A stretch of DNA of 64,000 nucleotides from an uncultured virus (IMG/VR IMGVR_UViG_3300025882_000423) (lineage: Duplodnaviria; Heunggongvirae; Uroviricota; Caudoviricetes). The translations under genes were made by a program, and so were the position numbers. A model generated the notes under the pieces. It did no database searches, had not been told where the DNA came from, and was given only the letters and a program-made list of their open reading frames with translations. Location of the stretch: the IMG/VR virus record IMGVR_UViG_3300025882_000423; one strand, written 5' to 3'. Below, one piece after another: positions 19,790-28,823 of this stretch; the first letter of the stretch is position 1, and each line of letters starts with the position of its first letter.

Positions 19790-19809
19790 ATCAAATCAAA
19801 GGCTTGTGT

Positions 19810-20883
19810 TTACGCACAGGCCTTTTGACTTTCTTGGCGTGACATAAACGTGACCATATCGATCACGTTAGCTGTACGTCCAGATTCAATCCTAGACGCG
19901 GCGACGGTTAAATGTTCCGTAGCAAACTTCGCATAACGATCCACCATCACGCGTGACTTCCAACCGCCTAAGTCTTTCAACTCATCACAGCTAGTGCCAG
20001 CCTGACGATGCCATGATGCCCATGTATGCCTTAGATCATGAAAACGAAAGTCAACAAGACTCGCTCTTTCAACTGCTGCATACCAAGCATTATTCGTGAC
20101 AGCGAATTTAATTGGATGCCCTTTGAATGTAAAACAGTATTTGGGATGTGTTCCTTGTAGCTGTTCTAACACTGCAATAGCATCTTGGTTTAGCGGTACA
20201 CCTCTCGGTGTTCCATTTTTGGTTTGATCTAGCCAAGCTGTTCTACGTTCTAAATCAACTCGACTCCACTCAAGACCCGTTATCTCCCTAGCTCGACAAC
20301 CAGTAGACAAAGCAAATTTGACCATAGCCGCTAAATGAGGTGGGCATTCCGCTATTAAACGATCTGCTTCCTCATGACTCAGCCAGCGGTCGCGTTCTGC
20401 TTCACCCGATAACAATCGGATTTTAGGCATACTATCAATCCACTGCCATTCATCACGTGCCATGCGGAGTATTGCACGAGTGAGAGCCAAATGACGGTTT
20501 ACTGTTGCAATCTTATTACCGCGCTTCAATTCCCCTTGTACAATGTTCCAAATAACGTCCCCGTTAATTTGGTTAAGCATCAAGTGGCCTAGATAAAAAT
20601 CTAACCTTCGGCAAATGCCCTGATAGCCTTTTACATCTCGCAAAGTTGTTTTAACTGCTAAAAATCTGACAACCGCTTCCTGCCATGAACGTTGAGGCTT
20701 AATTCCAAAATGATGCTCTCGATAGCTATCTAGCTTAATTTTTGCTAGGAATGCTTGTGCCTCATATTTGTCTTCAGTCCCAGTGCTTTGGCGTAATCGT
20801 TTGCCGTTAGGGAGCGTCGTACTAATCCACCAGTAGATTGAATCCTTTCTACGGTAGACTCCTTCTGAGGTTGGTTGGCGCAT
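19810..20883 (-). CDS. int: tyrosine integrase
   Basis: TGCRARE, TKNG, FHDLRHTWASW, LGGWKS..MV.RYA. Confidence 0.93.
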   Translation of the reverse strand: MRQPTSEGVYRRKDSIYWWISTTLPNGKRLRQSTGTEDKYEAQAFLAKIKLDSYREHHFGIKPQRSWQEAVVRFLAVKTTLRDVKGYQGICRRLDFYLGHLMLNQINGDVIWNIVQGELKRGNKIATVNRHLALTRAILRMARDEWQWIDSMPKIRLLSGEAERDRWLSHEEADRLIAECPPHLAAMVKFALSTGCRAREITGLEWSRVDLERRTAWLDQTKNGTPRGVPLNQDAIAVLEQLQGTHPKYCFTFKGHPIKFAVTNNAWYAAVERASLVDFRFHDLRHTWASWHRQAGTSCDELKDLGGWKSRVMVDRYAKFATEHLTVAASRIESGRTANVIDMVTFMSRQESQKACA

Positions 20884-21095
20884 TTAAAATCCTTTCCAAC
20901 TCGCCCTCGCTCGCTGCGCTTATATTCCTCTAACCAAAGATCTAAGTCAACTACATCATAAACCAGACGGCGACCAAACTTCACCGCTGGAATATCGAGT
21001 TCGGTTAAGAGCGTCACACCTATGCCTAGGTAAGACGCGGCTTCTTCTTTAGAAAGACAGCGAACTGGCGGTAAGGGCAAGTCATTGTCTTTCAT
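20745..21095 (-). CDS. excisionase-like HTH protein overlapping int
   Basis: LSKEEAASYLGIG...VKFGRRLVYD..DLDLWL. Confidence 0.75.
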   Translation of the reverse strand: MKDNDLPLPPVRCLSKEEAASYLGIGVTLLTELDIPAVKFGRRLVYDVVDLDLWLEEYKRSERGRVGKDFKCANQPQKESTVERIQSTGGLVRRSLTANDYAKALGLKTNMRHKHS

Positions 21096-21096
21096 G

Positions 21097-22416
21097 TTAT
21101 TCACCGTTGGATTGTTTTTCATATTCACGCATAGCGCGAATTTCTTCATCGACATAAGATTCATATATCTCAGCATTCACATCAATGGTATTAAACAATC
21201 TGGCTTTTAAAGCGACCTTTTCTTTCACGTAGGATTCAAAGGTAAGCCCCAAATTCATTGATTTATTATTAATGTGATGCGTTAGCGCTTCAAAGAAGTT
21301 ATGCACGGCTTCGTCATAGTTGGTATAGCCTTCTGCTGCCATCCAAGCAGCCAAAGTGCTAAATGTACGCCTGAGCATGGCATCATGATTTGGCACTCTG
21401 TTATTAGAAAAACGTGATTGCAAAGGCCCACCACTGGTTTCCCAATCTAAGGTGGCTAACGTAGCCCATAATGGGTGAATTGGCCACCGTGAGCGTGTTT
21501 GATCCTCTGGGTTTGGTATTGCGAGCCTAAGCCATTCAGTGGTGGCGTAAGACCATAATCCATTGAGATTAGCTAATACATCGGTGAGTTTAGCGAGGTT
21601 TTTCTGGACAAGCATTTCACGCTTGTATTCAAACTCCAAACGCCAAACAGGATCGTCCATTTGCCAGCCCATCATATGCCATAATGGAATGAGATAATCT
21701 TTGTGACTTTTAATGATTTCTAAGCGTTTATCGTAGAGACGACCAGCCATGACACCCCCTAGCCCGATTGCCCAGCCTGTAAAACGATTATCTACTGCAT
21801 AAGCACTCACAGCACTGGCATGGGTGACCCAAGCTTCACGACTCCATGCTTCCATATCTTGATATGAAATAAAGTCTACAAATAGATCGATACGACTGAC
21901 ATTCGCAGAGGATTCCAATACGCCTAATTCAGACAGGATGCTGGAGAGATGTTTTTCTGCTTGTTCTGGTGTTTTATAGGTTAGATACTCACTAGAAAAC
22001 TTTACATAGGCCATCGGAACAGCTTTATCTGGACGCGATAATTGAATGCGAAAGGCATTGTCCTCTAACACGTAATTAAACATGGAAGAGCCTTTGTCTT
22101 TTACCTCAAATAAATGATCCCCGACTTTGATTTGAGCCTTAGCTTGTTCTAGTGGGTTTTCTGATTGTGCTTGAGTTTTGAGTTGCTTAAGTTGTGCATT
22201 GATGTGTGGGTGAAGATTCCCTTGATAAGAGAGATATAAACTATCTACACCCCATCTTAAAAACTTAACTTCACCATTAATGCTGTTATTAGTAGCTGTG
22301 TTACTAGGCACCGCTACCGCTTCGCGGTCTCCGCTCTCGCCGCGCCCGAGCGCGCTGAGGTCGGCATCCCGTGAAGCGGTTTGAGGGTTTTGTGTGTTTT
22401 GGTTTTTCATATCCAT
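21097..22416 (-). CDS. Rep_trans-like rolling-circle replication initiator
   Basis: GVDSLYLS, SRIDLFVD, RLYDK, WRLEFE. Confidence 0.8.
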   Translation of the reverse strand: MDMKNQNTQNPQTASRDADLSALGRGESGDREAVAVPSNTATNNSINGEVKFLRWGVDSLYLSYQGNLHPHINAQLKQLKTQAQSENPLEQAKAQIKVGDHLFEVKDKGSSMFNYVLEDNAFRIQLSRPDKAVPMAYVKFSSEYLTYKTPEQAEKHLSSILSELGVLESSANVSRIDLFVDFISYQDMEAWSREAWVTHASAVSAYAVDNRFTGWAIGLGGVMAGRLYDKRLEIIKSHKDYLIPLWHMMGWQMDDPVWRLEFEYKREMLVQKNLAKLTDVLANLNGLWSYATTEWLRLAIPNPEDQTRSRWPIHPLWATLATLDWETSGGPLQSRFSNNRVPNHDAMLRRTFSTLAAWMAAEGYTNYDEAVHNFFEALTHHINNKSMNLGLTFESYVKEKVALKARLFNTIDVNAEIYESYVDEEIRAMREYEKQSNGE

Positions 22417-22503
22417 TCCTTAATGGTTACCAGCGTCCCAAATTGGTTACTGGAATGGATATGTATTATTTACATCTAAAAATTTAACTCCATGCAGTCA
22501 AAT

Positions 22504-23427
22504 TTAATTTGAGTGCATTGACACGCCGCCTGTCTTTTGGTAATTACGATAGCGTGCAAGTTGTTTAGTTACAGCATTAACATCCTCAATCCTGTTTTGC
22601 CAACGATCTAAACCTGCGGCATCACATAGGTCGAGTATCTCTTTGTGCGACAAGTCATCCAGCCAATCCAAAACCTCCAACATAGAGAATAAAAGATATA
22701 AACCAGGGTATCGAATCCGTCCGATCAAGTTTGGTTTAGCCTGATTGATGCCTAATTTTTCCAAGAACTCTTTTTCACCATCTGCTTGTGCTTTTTGATA
22801 TCTCTCTTTGAAGTAAGGATGGGCGACAAGTAAGTTCCGATCAACTCTGACCGCCTTGCAAAATGCCTCGTCATCACCGTTAATTGCTTTAGGAACTAGG
22901 GAGACCATCTTTTCACCATGTGCCATCAATCCAAAATAGTTATGCAACGAAAGTAAAATATGAATGAACAAGAAACTTATTCTCTCTAATTGCTGCTGCT
23001 GCTCATGAGAAGTTAAAGATTCAAATAAATTTTTCTGAGCAAGTTCCTCTTCTGGGGTTTCAGGCCATTTCCCTAAAAGATCATTAATCCATAAGGGATC
23101 ATTCAATAGCTCATCCGAAAAACTGACTACTTCTTGCAATTGAGCTGAAGGAGAAAGCTTTTTAAAATCGTCATTCCATTCCTTCAACCCTTCTTTTCCA
23201 AACAAAAATAGTAAAAGACATACATCAATTGTCATTTGGTCTTTATAAAAAGTGACGTAATAATCTAATTTGAGGTTGTCTTTTATTTTTCGAATTCGAT
23301 CTGGCCAGACAAGCCAGCCACCATCATAAGCTTTGAATTCGCTAAAAATATCCAAATAATCTGGAGCGGCTTTTTTGATTAACTTAATGACTTGAGGCTT
23401 TAAAAGGCGTGTTTTCGTGGTTTTCAA
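22504..23427 (-). CDS. hypothetical protein
   Basis: 307-aa ORF co-oriented with rep. Confidence 0.7.
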   Translation of the reverse strand: MKTTKTRLLKPQVIKLIKKAAPDYLDIFSEFKAYDGGWLVWPDRIRKIKDNLKLDYYVTFYKDQMTIDVCLLLFLFGKEGLKEWNDDFKKLSPSAQLQEVVSFSDELLNDPLWINDLLGKWPETPEEELAQKNLFESLTSHEQQQQLERISFLFIHILLSLHNYFGLMAHGEKMVSLVPKAINGDDEAFCKAVRVDRNLLVAHPYFKERYQKAQADGEKEFLEKLGINQAKPNLIGRIRYPGLYLLFSMLEVLDWLDDLSHKEILDLCDAAGLDRWQNRIEDVNAVTKQLARYRNYQKTGGVSMHSN

Positions 23428-23491
23428 TTAGTCACCAAATACAAAATAAAGAAACTCAAAAAAAACTTAATTCCGCTTGTTCAAATCTAAG

Positions 23492-24391
23492 CTAATAATT
23501 CCAAAATTTAAAAGGAGAGTTTGTCTTAGAGACCACTTTAGCTTTTAAAGTCCTTCGGCATCTTGGATAGTTTACGCAACCCCAGAATTGATCTAGTCCC
23601 CCTTCTTTTCTTAATTTCATCTTTACTCCACATTTAACACAAGTTGGCGTAGTAAAGTCACCCGATGTTGCCAATAAAAATAATCTGTCCTGAGCTTCTT
23701 TAGATAAGGCTTTAATTTTAGCCAACATACTTTTACCGTCAATAAGTTCCACATTGTTGTCTTTAGCAAACTGAATGGCTGCTTGATTAAAATTACTTGT
23801 GGTAATGAAATATCCTTTGAGAATTTTTTCGTGAAACATTACGCCTACAAGTTCCCTAATCAACTTTACACCAATGACCCCCGACCAACTTTTGCATTGA
23901 ACTAAGGCGGTTGATTTTTGTTGATCATTTTCATAAAGAAAAATATCTATGCCTCCATCGGCTCCAAGGGAAGTCTGCTTGTTCTTCATATTAATTTCGC
24001 TAAAATATGCGCTACAGAGATCTTCAAATCGCTTCCATTCAAGAGAGTAAAGAAGTTGGCTAGTCCATTCCCTTGAGATTGTCGTTTCAATAACTGGTTG
24101 CTCTAATAGCGAGACATGAGGTCTATTCGATGCAGTTTCTTGCGTTGAGACCAAAGGTTTAATAGTGTTATTGGCATTTACAATATTCTTAGAAGATGTT
24201 GCACCTTCTTGCTCCCTTGAAACGAAGTAAGCCAATAAAATTGTGAGGAACTGTAATAGACTTAACGGATAAGCGAACACTTGCAATAGCGTCCATATAT
24301 ACCAAAAAATAGTGACAATAAAACGATGTTTACCGCTAATAGCAATAGTAAAAAAAATAAAACCCTGCCAAGAAATTACAGCGAAGCTCAT
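23492..24391 (-). CDS. Mrr-family endonuclease with N-terminal TM segments and C-terminal Zn ribbon
   Basis: FEDLC, ADGGIDI, VQCKSW; CVKCG...FWGCVNYPRC. Confidence 0.85.
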   Translation of the reverse strand: MSFAVISWQGFIFFTIAISGKHRFIVTIFWYIWTLLQVFAYPLSLLQFLTILLAYFVSREQEGATSSKNIVNANNTIKPLVSTQETASNRPHVSLLEQPVIETTISREWTSQLLYSLEWKRFEDLCSAYFSEINMKNKQTSLGADGGIDIFLYENDQQKSTALVQCKSWSGVIGVKLIRELVGVMFHEKILKGYFITTSNFNQAAIQFAKDNNVELIDGKSMLAKIKALSKEAQDRLFLLATSGDFTTPTCVKCGVKMKLRKEGGLDQFWGCVNYPRCRRTLKAKVVSKTNSPFKFWNY

Positions 24392-25026
24392 TCGACTCCC
24401 TCAACGACACATACAATATTTGATTGGTTATCTATAGCTTAAAAAAAAGCAAAAATCTTACCAATAAAAATTACATGCATAAGTCATTAGATTACATAGC
24501 AATTTTATGTAAGCGATTAGCAGTAAAAATATGCTCGGGTTGTTTATAACCTAAAACTGGTTAAATACAACCAATTATGGTTCTGATAGGATTTGAATAT
24601 GAGTTGGACGCGACAATGACAGGTCACGACCCTTTTGGGACGATCAACTTTCTTATAAGCAGATAAGCTAAGGGACCGAGGCACGCTGTCCCAGATATCG
24701 AAACGAACGACTTGAGCGACTTTATTGATACATAACGTTTAAATTAAAGGGCTGGCTTTGGTCGGCTAGTAGTAGAAATAGGATGAATTAAACAACTAAA
24801 AAATGGCCTCAAATCCGCATAGAATATAGATAAACAGCAAAATTAAATAAACTTTGATTTCTGGATGATTTAAGGGGTAAATTACGCATTAAATACATCA
24901 ATAACTAAAATAAATCGGATAAATAATTAGTATTTAATTACCAAAGTCATTAGCATAAAAGACTTGCTTTGCATGCGCAACAGAGCGTTAATGTGTCATC
25001 AAATAAACATTAACGAGGTGATTAAA

Positions 25027-25263
25027 ATGGGTAAAAGAACAGATGCATTATTAGAATCAGAGCGCGAATATCAAACTAAAGTTTACACAGACTTTGATGC
25101 TGAAATGTCAATGCAAACGCTACCAAGCAGAATGCTAGCTCAAGTAATAAAAGGTGAAATTGATTTAAATGCGCTGGCTAAAGTAATATTAGCTAATCGC
25201 GGCCAAGACCAAAATGGCAACTGGGTTGGGTTCGATAAAGCCAAGCAAATACACGCTATTTAA
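25027..25263 (+). CDS. small hypothetical protein
   Basis: GAGGTG RBS before the ATG at 25027; convergent with the methylase over a hairpin near 25283-25305. Confidence 0.7.
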   Translation: MGKRTDALLESEREYQTKVYTDFDAEMSMQTLPSRMLAQVIKGEIDLNALAKVILANRGQDQNGNWVGFDKAKQIHAI

Positions 25264-25318
25264 ACAATCATTAAACACCATTTGAAGCCGCTTTAAAGCG
25301 GCTTTTATTTTGTCCTGG

Positions 25319-26098
25319 TCAAATACCATAATTAGCTATCAGCAGCTCAGTCACGGGCTTGTTGCTTTGCATATTAACGCTGTAGCTGGTTTGCACTTCT
25401 TTAATAAAATAACCATCAAAAAGCGTCCGAATTTGAGCCACATTATTGATGCTCACAAGCCATTTACCTTGGCAATTAATTAAAACGTCTCTAAGCCGCT
25501 CAAAATCGGTTTTATCAAATAAGCCTTTGCCATAGTCAGTTTCGCAATCCCAATATGGCGGGTCGATATAGAAAAACACACCTTTTCCATCGTAGCGTCT
25601 AATTAGCTCATGGTATGGCAGATTTTCAATGCTCACACGGCTTAAGCGTAGGTGCGCCTCGCTTAAATCCTCTTCAAGCCTGAGTAAATTTAAACGCGGC
25701 TTTGAGCTGTTGGCCACACCGTAACATTGGCCCACAATCTTTGCACCAAAAGCATTTTTAACTAAGTAATAAAATCGCGCTGCGCGTTGAATATCAGTCA
25801 GCGTGGTCTCATCGACTCGTTGCAATCTATCCCACTCATCACGCGAGACTAAGCACCATTTAAAGTAACGTACAAACTCTTCAAGATGGTTTTGAATGAC
25901 GCGATAGAGCGTGATTAAGTCGCCGTTGATGTCGTTTATCACTTCAACTTTGCTCGGCTCTTTACGAAAAAGCACCCACGCAGCACCTGCAAACACCTCT
26001 ACGTAACATGAATGTTTAGGTATTAAAGGGATGATAGTGCTGGTGAGTTTCGATTTACCACCGACCCATGCCAGTGGTGATTTTCTTTGTATTGCCAT
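25319..26098 (-). CDS. D12/Dam-class N6-adenine DNA methyltransferase in the mom position
   Basis: WVGGKS, YVEVFAG, INDIN, YIDPPY. Confidence 0.93.
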   Translation of the reverse strand: MAIQRKSPLAWVGGKSKLTSTIIPLIPKHSCYVEVFAGAAWVLFRKEPSKVEVINDINGDLITLYRVIQNHLEEFVRYFKWCLVSRDEWDRLQRVDETTLTDIQRAARFYYLVKNAFGAKIVGQCYGVANSSKPRLNLLRLEEDLSEAHLRLSRVSIENLPYHELIRRYDGKGVFFYIDPPYWDCETDYGKGLFDKTDFERLRDVLINCQGKWLVSINNVAQIRTLFDGYFIKEVQTSYSVNMQSNKPVTELLIANYGI

Positions 26099-26105
26099 GA
26101 TTGAT

Positions 26106-26137
26106 CCTATATTTAAGTATAGGTGCTCATGGCACTC
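26106..26137 (-). promoter_or_regulatory. Com-type target hairpin plus RBS-occluding stem
   Basis: GAGTGCCATGAGCAC overlapping CCTATA-CTTAAA-TATAGG, which covers the AGG of the RBS. Confidence 0.6.
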
Positions 26138-26139
26138 TG

Positions 26140-26547
26140 AAATATTAACTGCTTACGGCAGTTAGTCGGTCTTTTAGGTTATGGCACATAGACACACGCA
26201 CCCAGCTTTTGCATCCATCCCAAATTCGCCGCTGCGCTATTTGGTAAGGTGTTGGTACAGGGAGCTCTCTACCGGCTTTACTAACCAATCACTAATCCGC
26301 TTTGGAATCTACGAGCATTCCGATTCTCTGTCCTTAGCGGGGATGGCTTTCACCTTCGCGTTACTATGTACCCACATTACTAGCTACTTATTGTTCCGCT
26401 ATTTTTCAAGGCATCCCGCCTGCTAGAGTTAAATAGCTAGTAATGTGAATGCCCTGATAGATATTTAACACGGGCCATGCTCTGCATCTTTAGGTTCTAT
26501 CAGACCTTATATTATTGAAGGCTTTGCAGCGCCCTCTCTCGGGTATT
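26140..26547 (-). ncRNA. candidate large structured ncRNA
   Basis: No ORF of 60 aa or more on the sense strand; several nested helices (see findings). Confidence 0.6.
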
Positions 26548-26739
26548 CTATGCTTCTTTAATCACCAAATATCGAGTGCTGGTGATATAAGTCTCTTGGC
26601 CTGTAATGTCGCACGGGTTATTTAAAACCTGTTCACCGACCAGCACATCTGGCTCGCCACCGCTGCCTTTATCCCATGTTTGCACAAGCACTTTATAGCC
26701 AGCTGTGTCTGCGTTCTCAATTCGTACTCGTTTTGTCAT
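26548..26739 (-). CDS. 63-aa hypothetical protein
   Basis: AGGAG RBS; overlaps the com 3' end. Confidence 0.75.
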   Translation of the reverse strand: MTKRVRIENADTAGYKVLVQTWDKGSGGEPDVLVGEQVLNNPCDITGQETYITSTRYLVIKEA

Positions 26740-26878
26740 GATTGCTCCTAAAATTGTTAATGTTTCCGCACCTTGGGCATTTAATACTGAGCTGCTTTAC
26801 TTCACCCTCGGCTAGCTTTTTGTTGCATTTACTACACCTAAAATCTACTCGGTACTGCTTATCCTTTGTGTTGCTCAT
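26717..26878 (-). CDS. com: Com-family zinc-finger translational regulator (53 aa, not in the ORF track)
   Basis: Manual translation MSNTKDKQYRVDFRCSKCNKKLAEGEVKQLSIKCPRCGNINNFRSNHDKTSTN. Confidence 0.85.
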   Translation of the reverse strand: MSNTKDKQYRVDFRCSKCNKKLAEGEVKQLSIKCPRCGNINNFRSNHDKTSTN

Positions 26879-26997
26879 ACGGTCACCCTTATAATGACCT
26901 TGCCGACGTCGGCAGCAGGGTCTTTGGTTGATCCGTAGTCTGTTTACGGTGAGACGGGTTTTTTAGCGGTTGCTGCCGCTATTGCACTCGCCCTGTT

Positions 26998-27279
26998 TTA
27001 TTCACTTCTATATTCTGTCGGCAGTTGCCGCCTTTTTTTCTCGCTGCTATAAGCCTCTTGGCAGTGATTTTTTTGCCAAAAAAACACACTATTGATCACT
27101 TTAACTGCGATAAAAAACCGTCTTTTTTTGTGCTGATTGCGCCATGCGCGGGCACTTAATGACTCATCTGCCCAGCCCCATAGTGCGGTATTGATAAGTT
27201 GGTCTATTGCCAGCAAAATTTGCACTTTATTGCTGTGTAACAGCAATATTGCAAGTGCTATGAGTAAAAGTATCATCAT
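26998..27279 (-). CDS. phage hypothetical protein
   Basis: AIDQLIN..LWGWADESLSARAWR; follows the tail-fibre chaperone. Confidence 0.7.
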   Translation of the reverse strand: MMILLLIALAILLLHSNKVQILLAIDQLINTALWGWADESLSARAWRNQHKKRRFFIAVKVINSVFFWQKNHCQEAYSSEKKRRQLPTEYRSE

Positions 27280-27731
27280 GCTGGGTACGCGGGCATCATT
27301 GCCACGGCCTCTGCTGGTGTGAGCATGGGTGAAGTGCCTGCAATCACTTGGTCTCTATAATCATCTGCCGTCACCCAAACGCTTACCTCCCAATTACCAA
27401 AGGTTATTGCGGTGGTTTGATAGGCATTTTGCCAGCCCGCATACTGAATAACAGAGTCGCCACCGCTAAAGCCAAGCTCGCGTGCTTTAGTATTTATCGC
27501 GGCTTGTAGCGCAAGGCGTACTTGCTCAAACTGGGCTTGCAATGTTGGAGCAGGCGGGTTAATAGCAATTGGCAAACCAGTGTTATCATCAAAAACGATG
27601 TTTTTACCGATTTTGTTATCTGCCATGAGCGCTGCATGCTGTGCATCTGTTATTTCAATGGCATCTTCAGGCCGCGTGCTATGAATCTGATCATTGTAAA
27701 AACCACTGTTTAATTTAGAAAAATACCACAT
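27276..27731 (-). CDS. tail fibre assembly-like protein
   Basis: YFSK..GFY...PEDAIEIT..QH..L; lies after the fibre gene. Confidence 0.75.
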   Translation of the reverse strand: MWYFSKLNSGFYNDQIHSTRPEDAIEITDAQHAALMADNKIGKNIVFDDNTGLPIAINPPAPTLQAQFEQVRLALQAAINTKARELGFSGGDSVIQYAGWQNAYQTTAITFGNWEVSVWVTADDYRDQVIAGTSPMLTPAEAVAMMPAYPA

Positions 27732-27739
27732 ACGTGCTC

Positions 27740-28249
27740 CTAGTTAATTGTACCAATCGCTATCCAGCTAAATGATGCAGATGTATCTTTATATAAACTG
27801 AAACTGCTCCCCCCATTTAAGCCGGTTACCCACTGGTTGCTAAATATGCCAGTTGTTTGAGTTGCGTATGCGCTGGCTGTTACGCTAATCACCACATCAA
27901 ATGCGATTGGATAATTGACGGTAATGACTCCAGTGCTGGCCGATGAATGTAAGCCAAATTGCAATACAAATTTCTTTTTTGTGTTAGTTACTGCGTCATA
28001 AAACGGGAATATCATATAGCCCGGATTCGCGGCCACGCCGGCAGCGATTGCAATAGACTTTAATGCCTGCAGTAGTTGCGCATTATTGGCTTTGTTAAGC
28101 GTAATGCCTGCCGCTTCAATAACGTTAACTATTTCAGCTTGCACCGCATTAAGCCAAGCAGCATCTACAATACTTGCTGGTGTTGAAGTAGATGGATTTT
28201 CATTGACGAAAGTATTGTTTAAGTGGCCTGCGCCATCAGTTTTGTGCAT
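27740..28249 (-). CDS. very short tail fibre (Mu S-type N-terminal anchor)
   Basis: AAWLNAVQAEIVNVIEAAG...QLLQAL; C-terminal LQFG..YPIAF..WIAIG; 169 aa. Confidence 0.75.
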   Translation of the reverse strand: MHKTDGAGHLNNTFVNENPSTSTPASIVDAAWLNAVQAEIVNVIEAAGITLNKANNAQLLQALKSIAIAAGVAANPGYMIFPFYDAVTNTKKKFVLQFGLHSSASTGVITVNYPIAFDVVISVTASAYATQTTGIFSNQWVTGLNGGSSFSLYKDTSASFSWIAIGTIN

Positions 28250-28823
28250 AAAAAACCTCTCCACCGACACCGGTGATATCTTCAAACCATAAGTAAACAT
28301 GCGCTTGCTTAAATGCTGCTAGCGCATTAAAAATAATGTCTGGATTAACAACTGTTTTGTAGTATCTGACACGTAAAATAAATCGTGACCGTGCGCTGTA
28401 TAGGCGGTCACCTGCTTTGCTACCCGCTCTAAATGGGCCAACCAAGTGATCAATCTGCACCAATGGCACATTAAACTGTGTGCTATTAACATTGGCTGAA
28501 AATAAGCGGTCGCCTGCTTTACTGCCTGCTGTAAAGGGTTTGCGCGGTATGCTTTCTACCACGCCCGCATCTTGTAGGGCTTTTAAGGCCACGGCACGGT
28601 AGGCATCGATATGCCAGTTTGATTGTGCTGGTTTATGCAGCTCAATGGCGCGATCCATCACCATCTGCAAATCACTCTCAAGGCGATATGGCTCTTGCGC
28701 AAAGGCCATCATCAAATAATCGCCAAAGCCGGATTCTGTCCACTTCCATGCGTCGCCCGGTGGCAGTAATGCCAGCATCGCATCGGCAAATTGGCGTGCG
28801 GTATGTTTGATAAGCTGCATCAT
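28236..28823 (-). CDS. baseplate protein (Mu gp48-like)
   Basis: ALLPPGDAW, FKQAH; follows gp47. Confidence 0.7.
   Translation of the reverse strand: MMQLIKHTARQFADAMLALLPPGDAWKWTESGFGDYLMMAFAQEPYRLESDLQMVMDRAIELHKPAQSNWHIDAYRAVALKALQDAGVVESIPRKPFTAGSKAGDRLFSANVNSTQFNVPLVQIDHLVGPFRAGSKAGDRLYSARSRFILRVRYYKTVVNPDIIFNALAAFKQAHVYLWFEDITGVGGEVFYAQN

Larger units (their letters stand above)
19790..24686 (-). mobile_element. small integrative int-xis-rep element (right end not seen)
   Basis: Gene content and position directly 3' of the tRNA fragment. Confidence 0.65.

Noticed and set aside
24680..24740. Exact prophage left end and target-site duplication
   Set aside because: TG at 24687 is only a candidate; the right end is outside the window, so it cannot be confirmed.
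26181..26426. 81-aa + strand ORF
   Set aside because: No recognisable motif or clear RBS; it is antisense to the structured late-operon region.
26140..26547. Group I/II intron, retron or DGR element
   Set aside because: No recognisable intron core motifs by eye and no reverse transcriptase in the window; a covariance-model search is still needed.
26998..28300. Invertible tail-fibre (gin/G-segment) cassette
   Set aside because: No invertase, no inverted second fibre set and no flanking inverted repeats seen.
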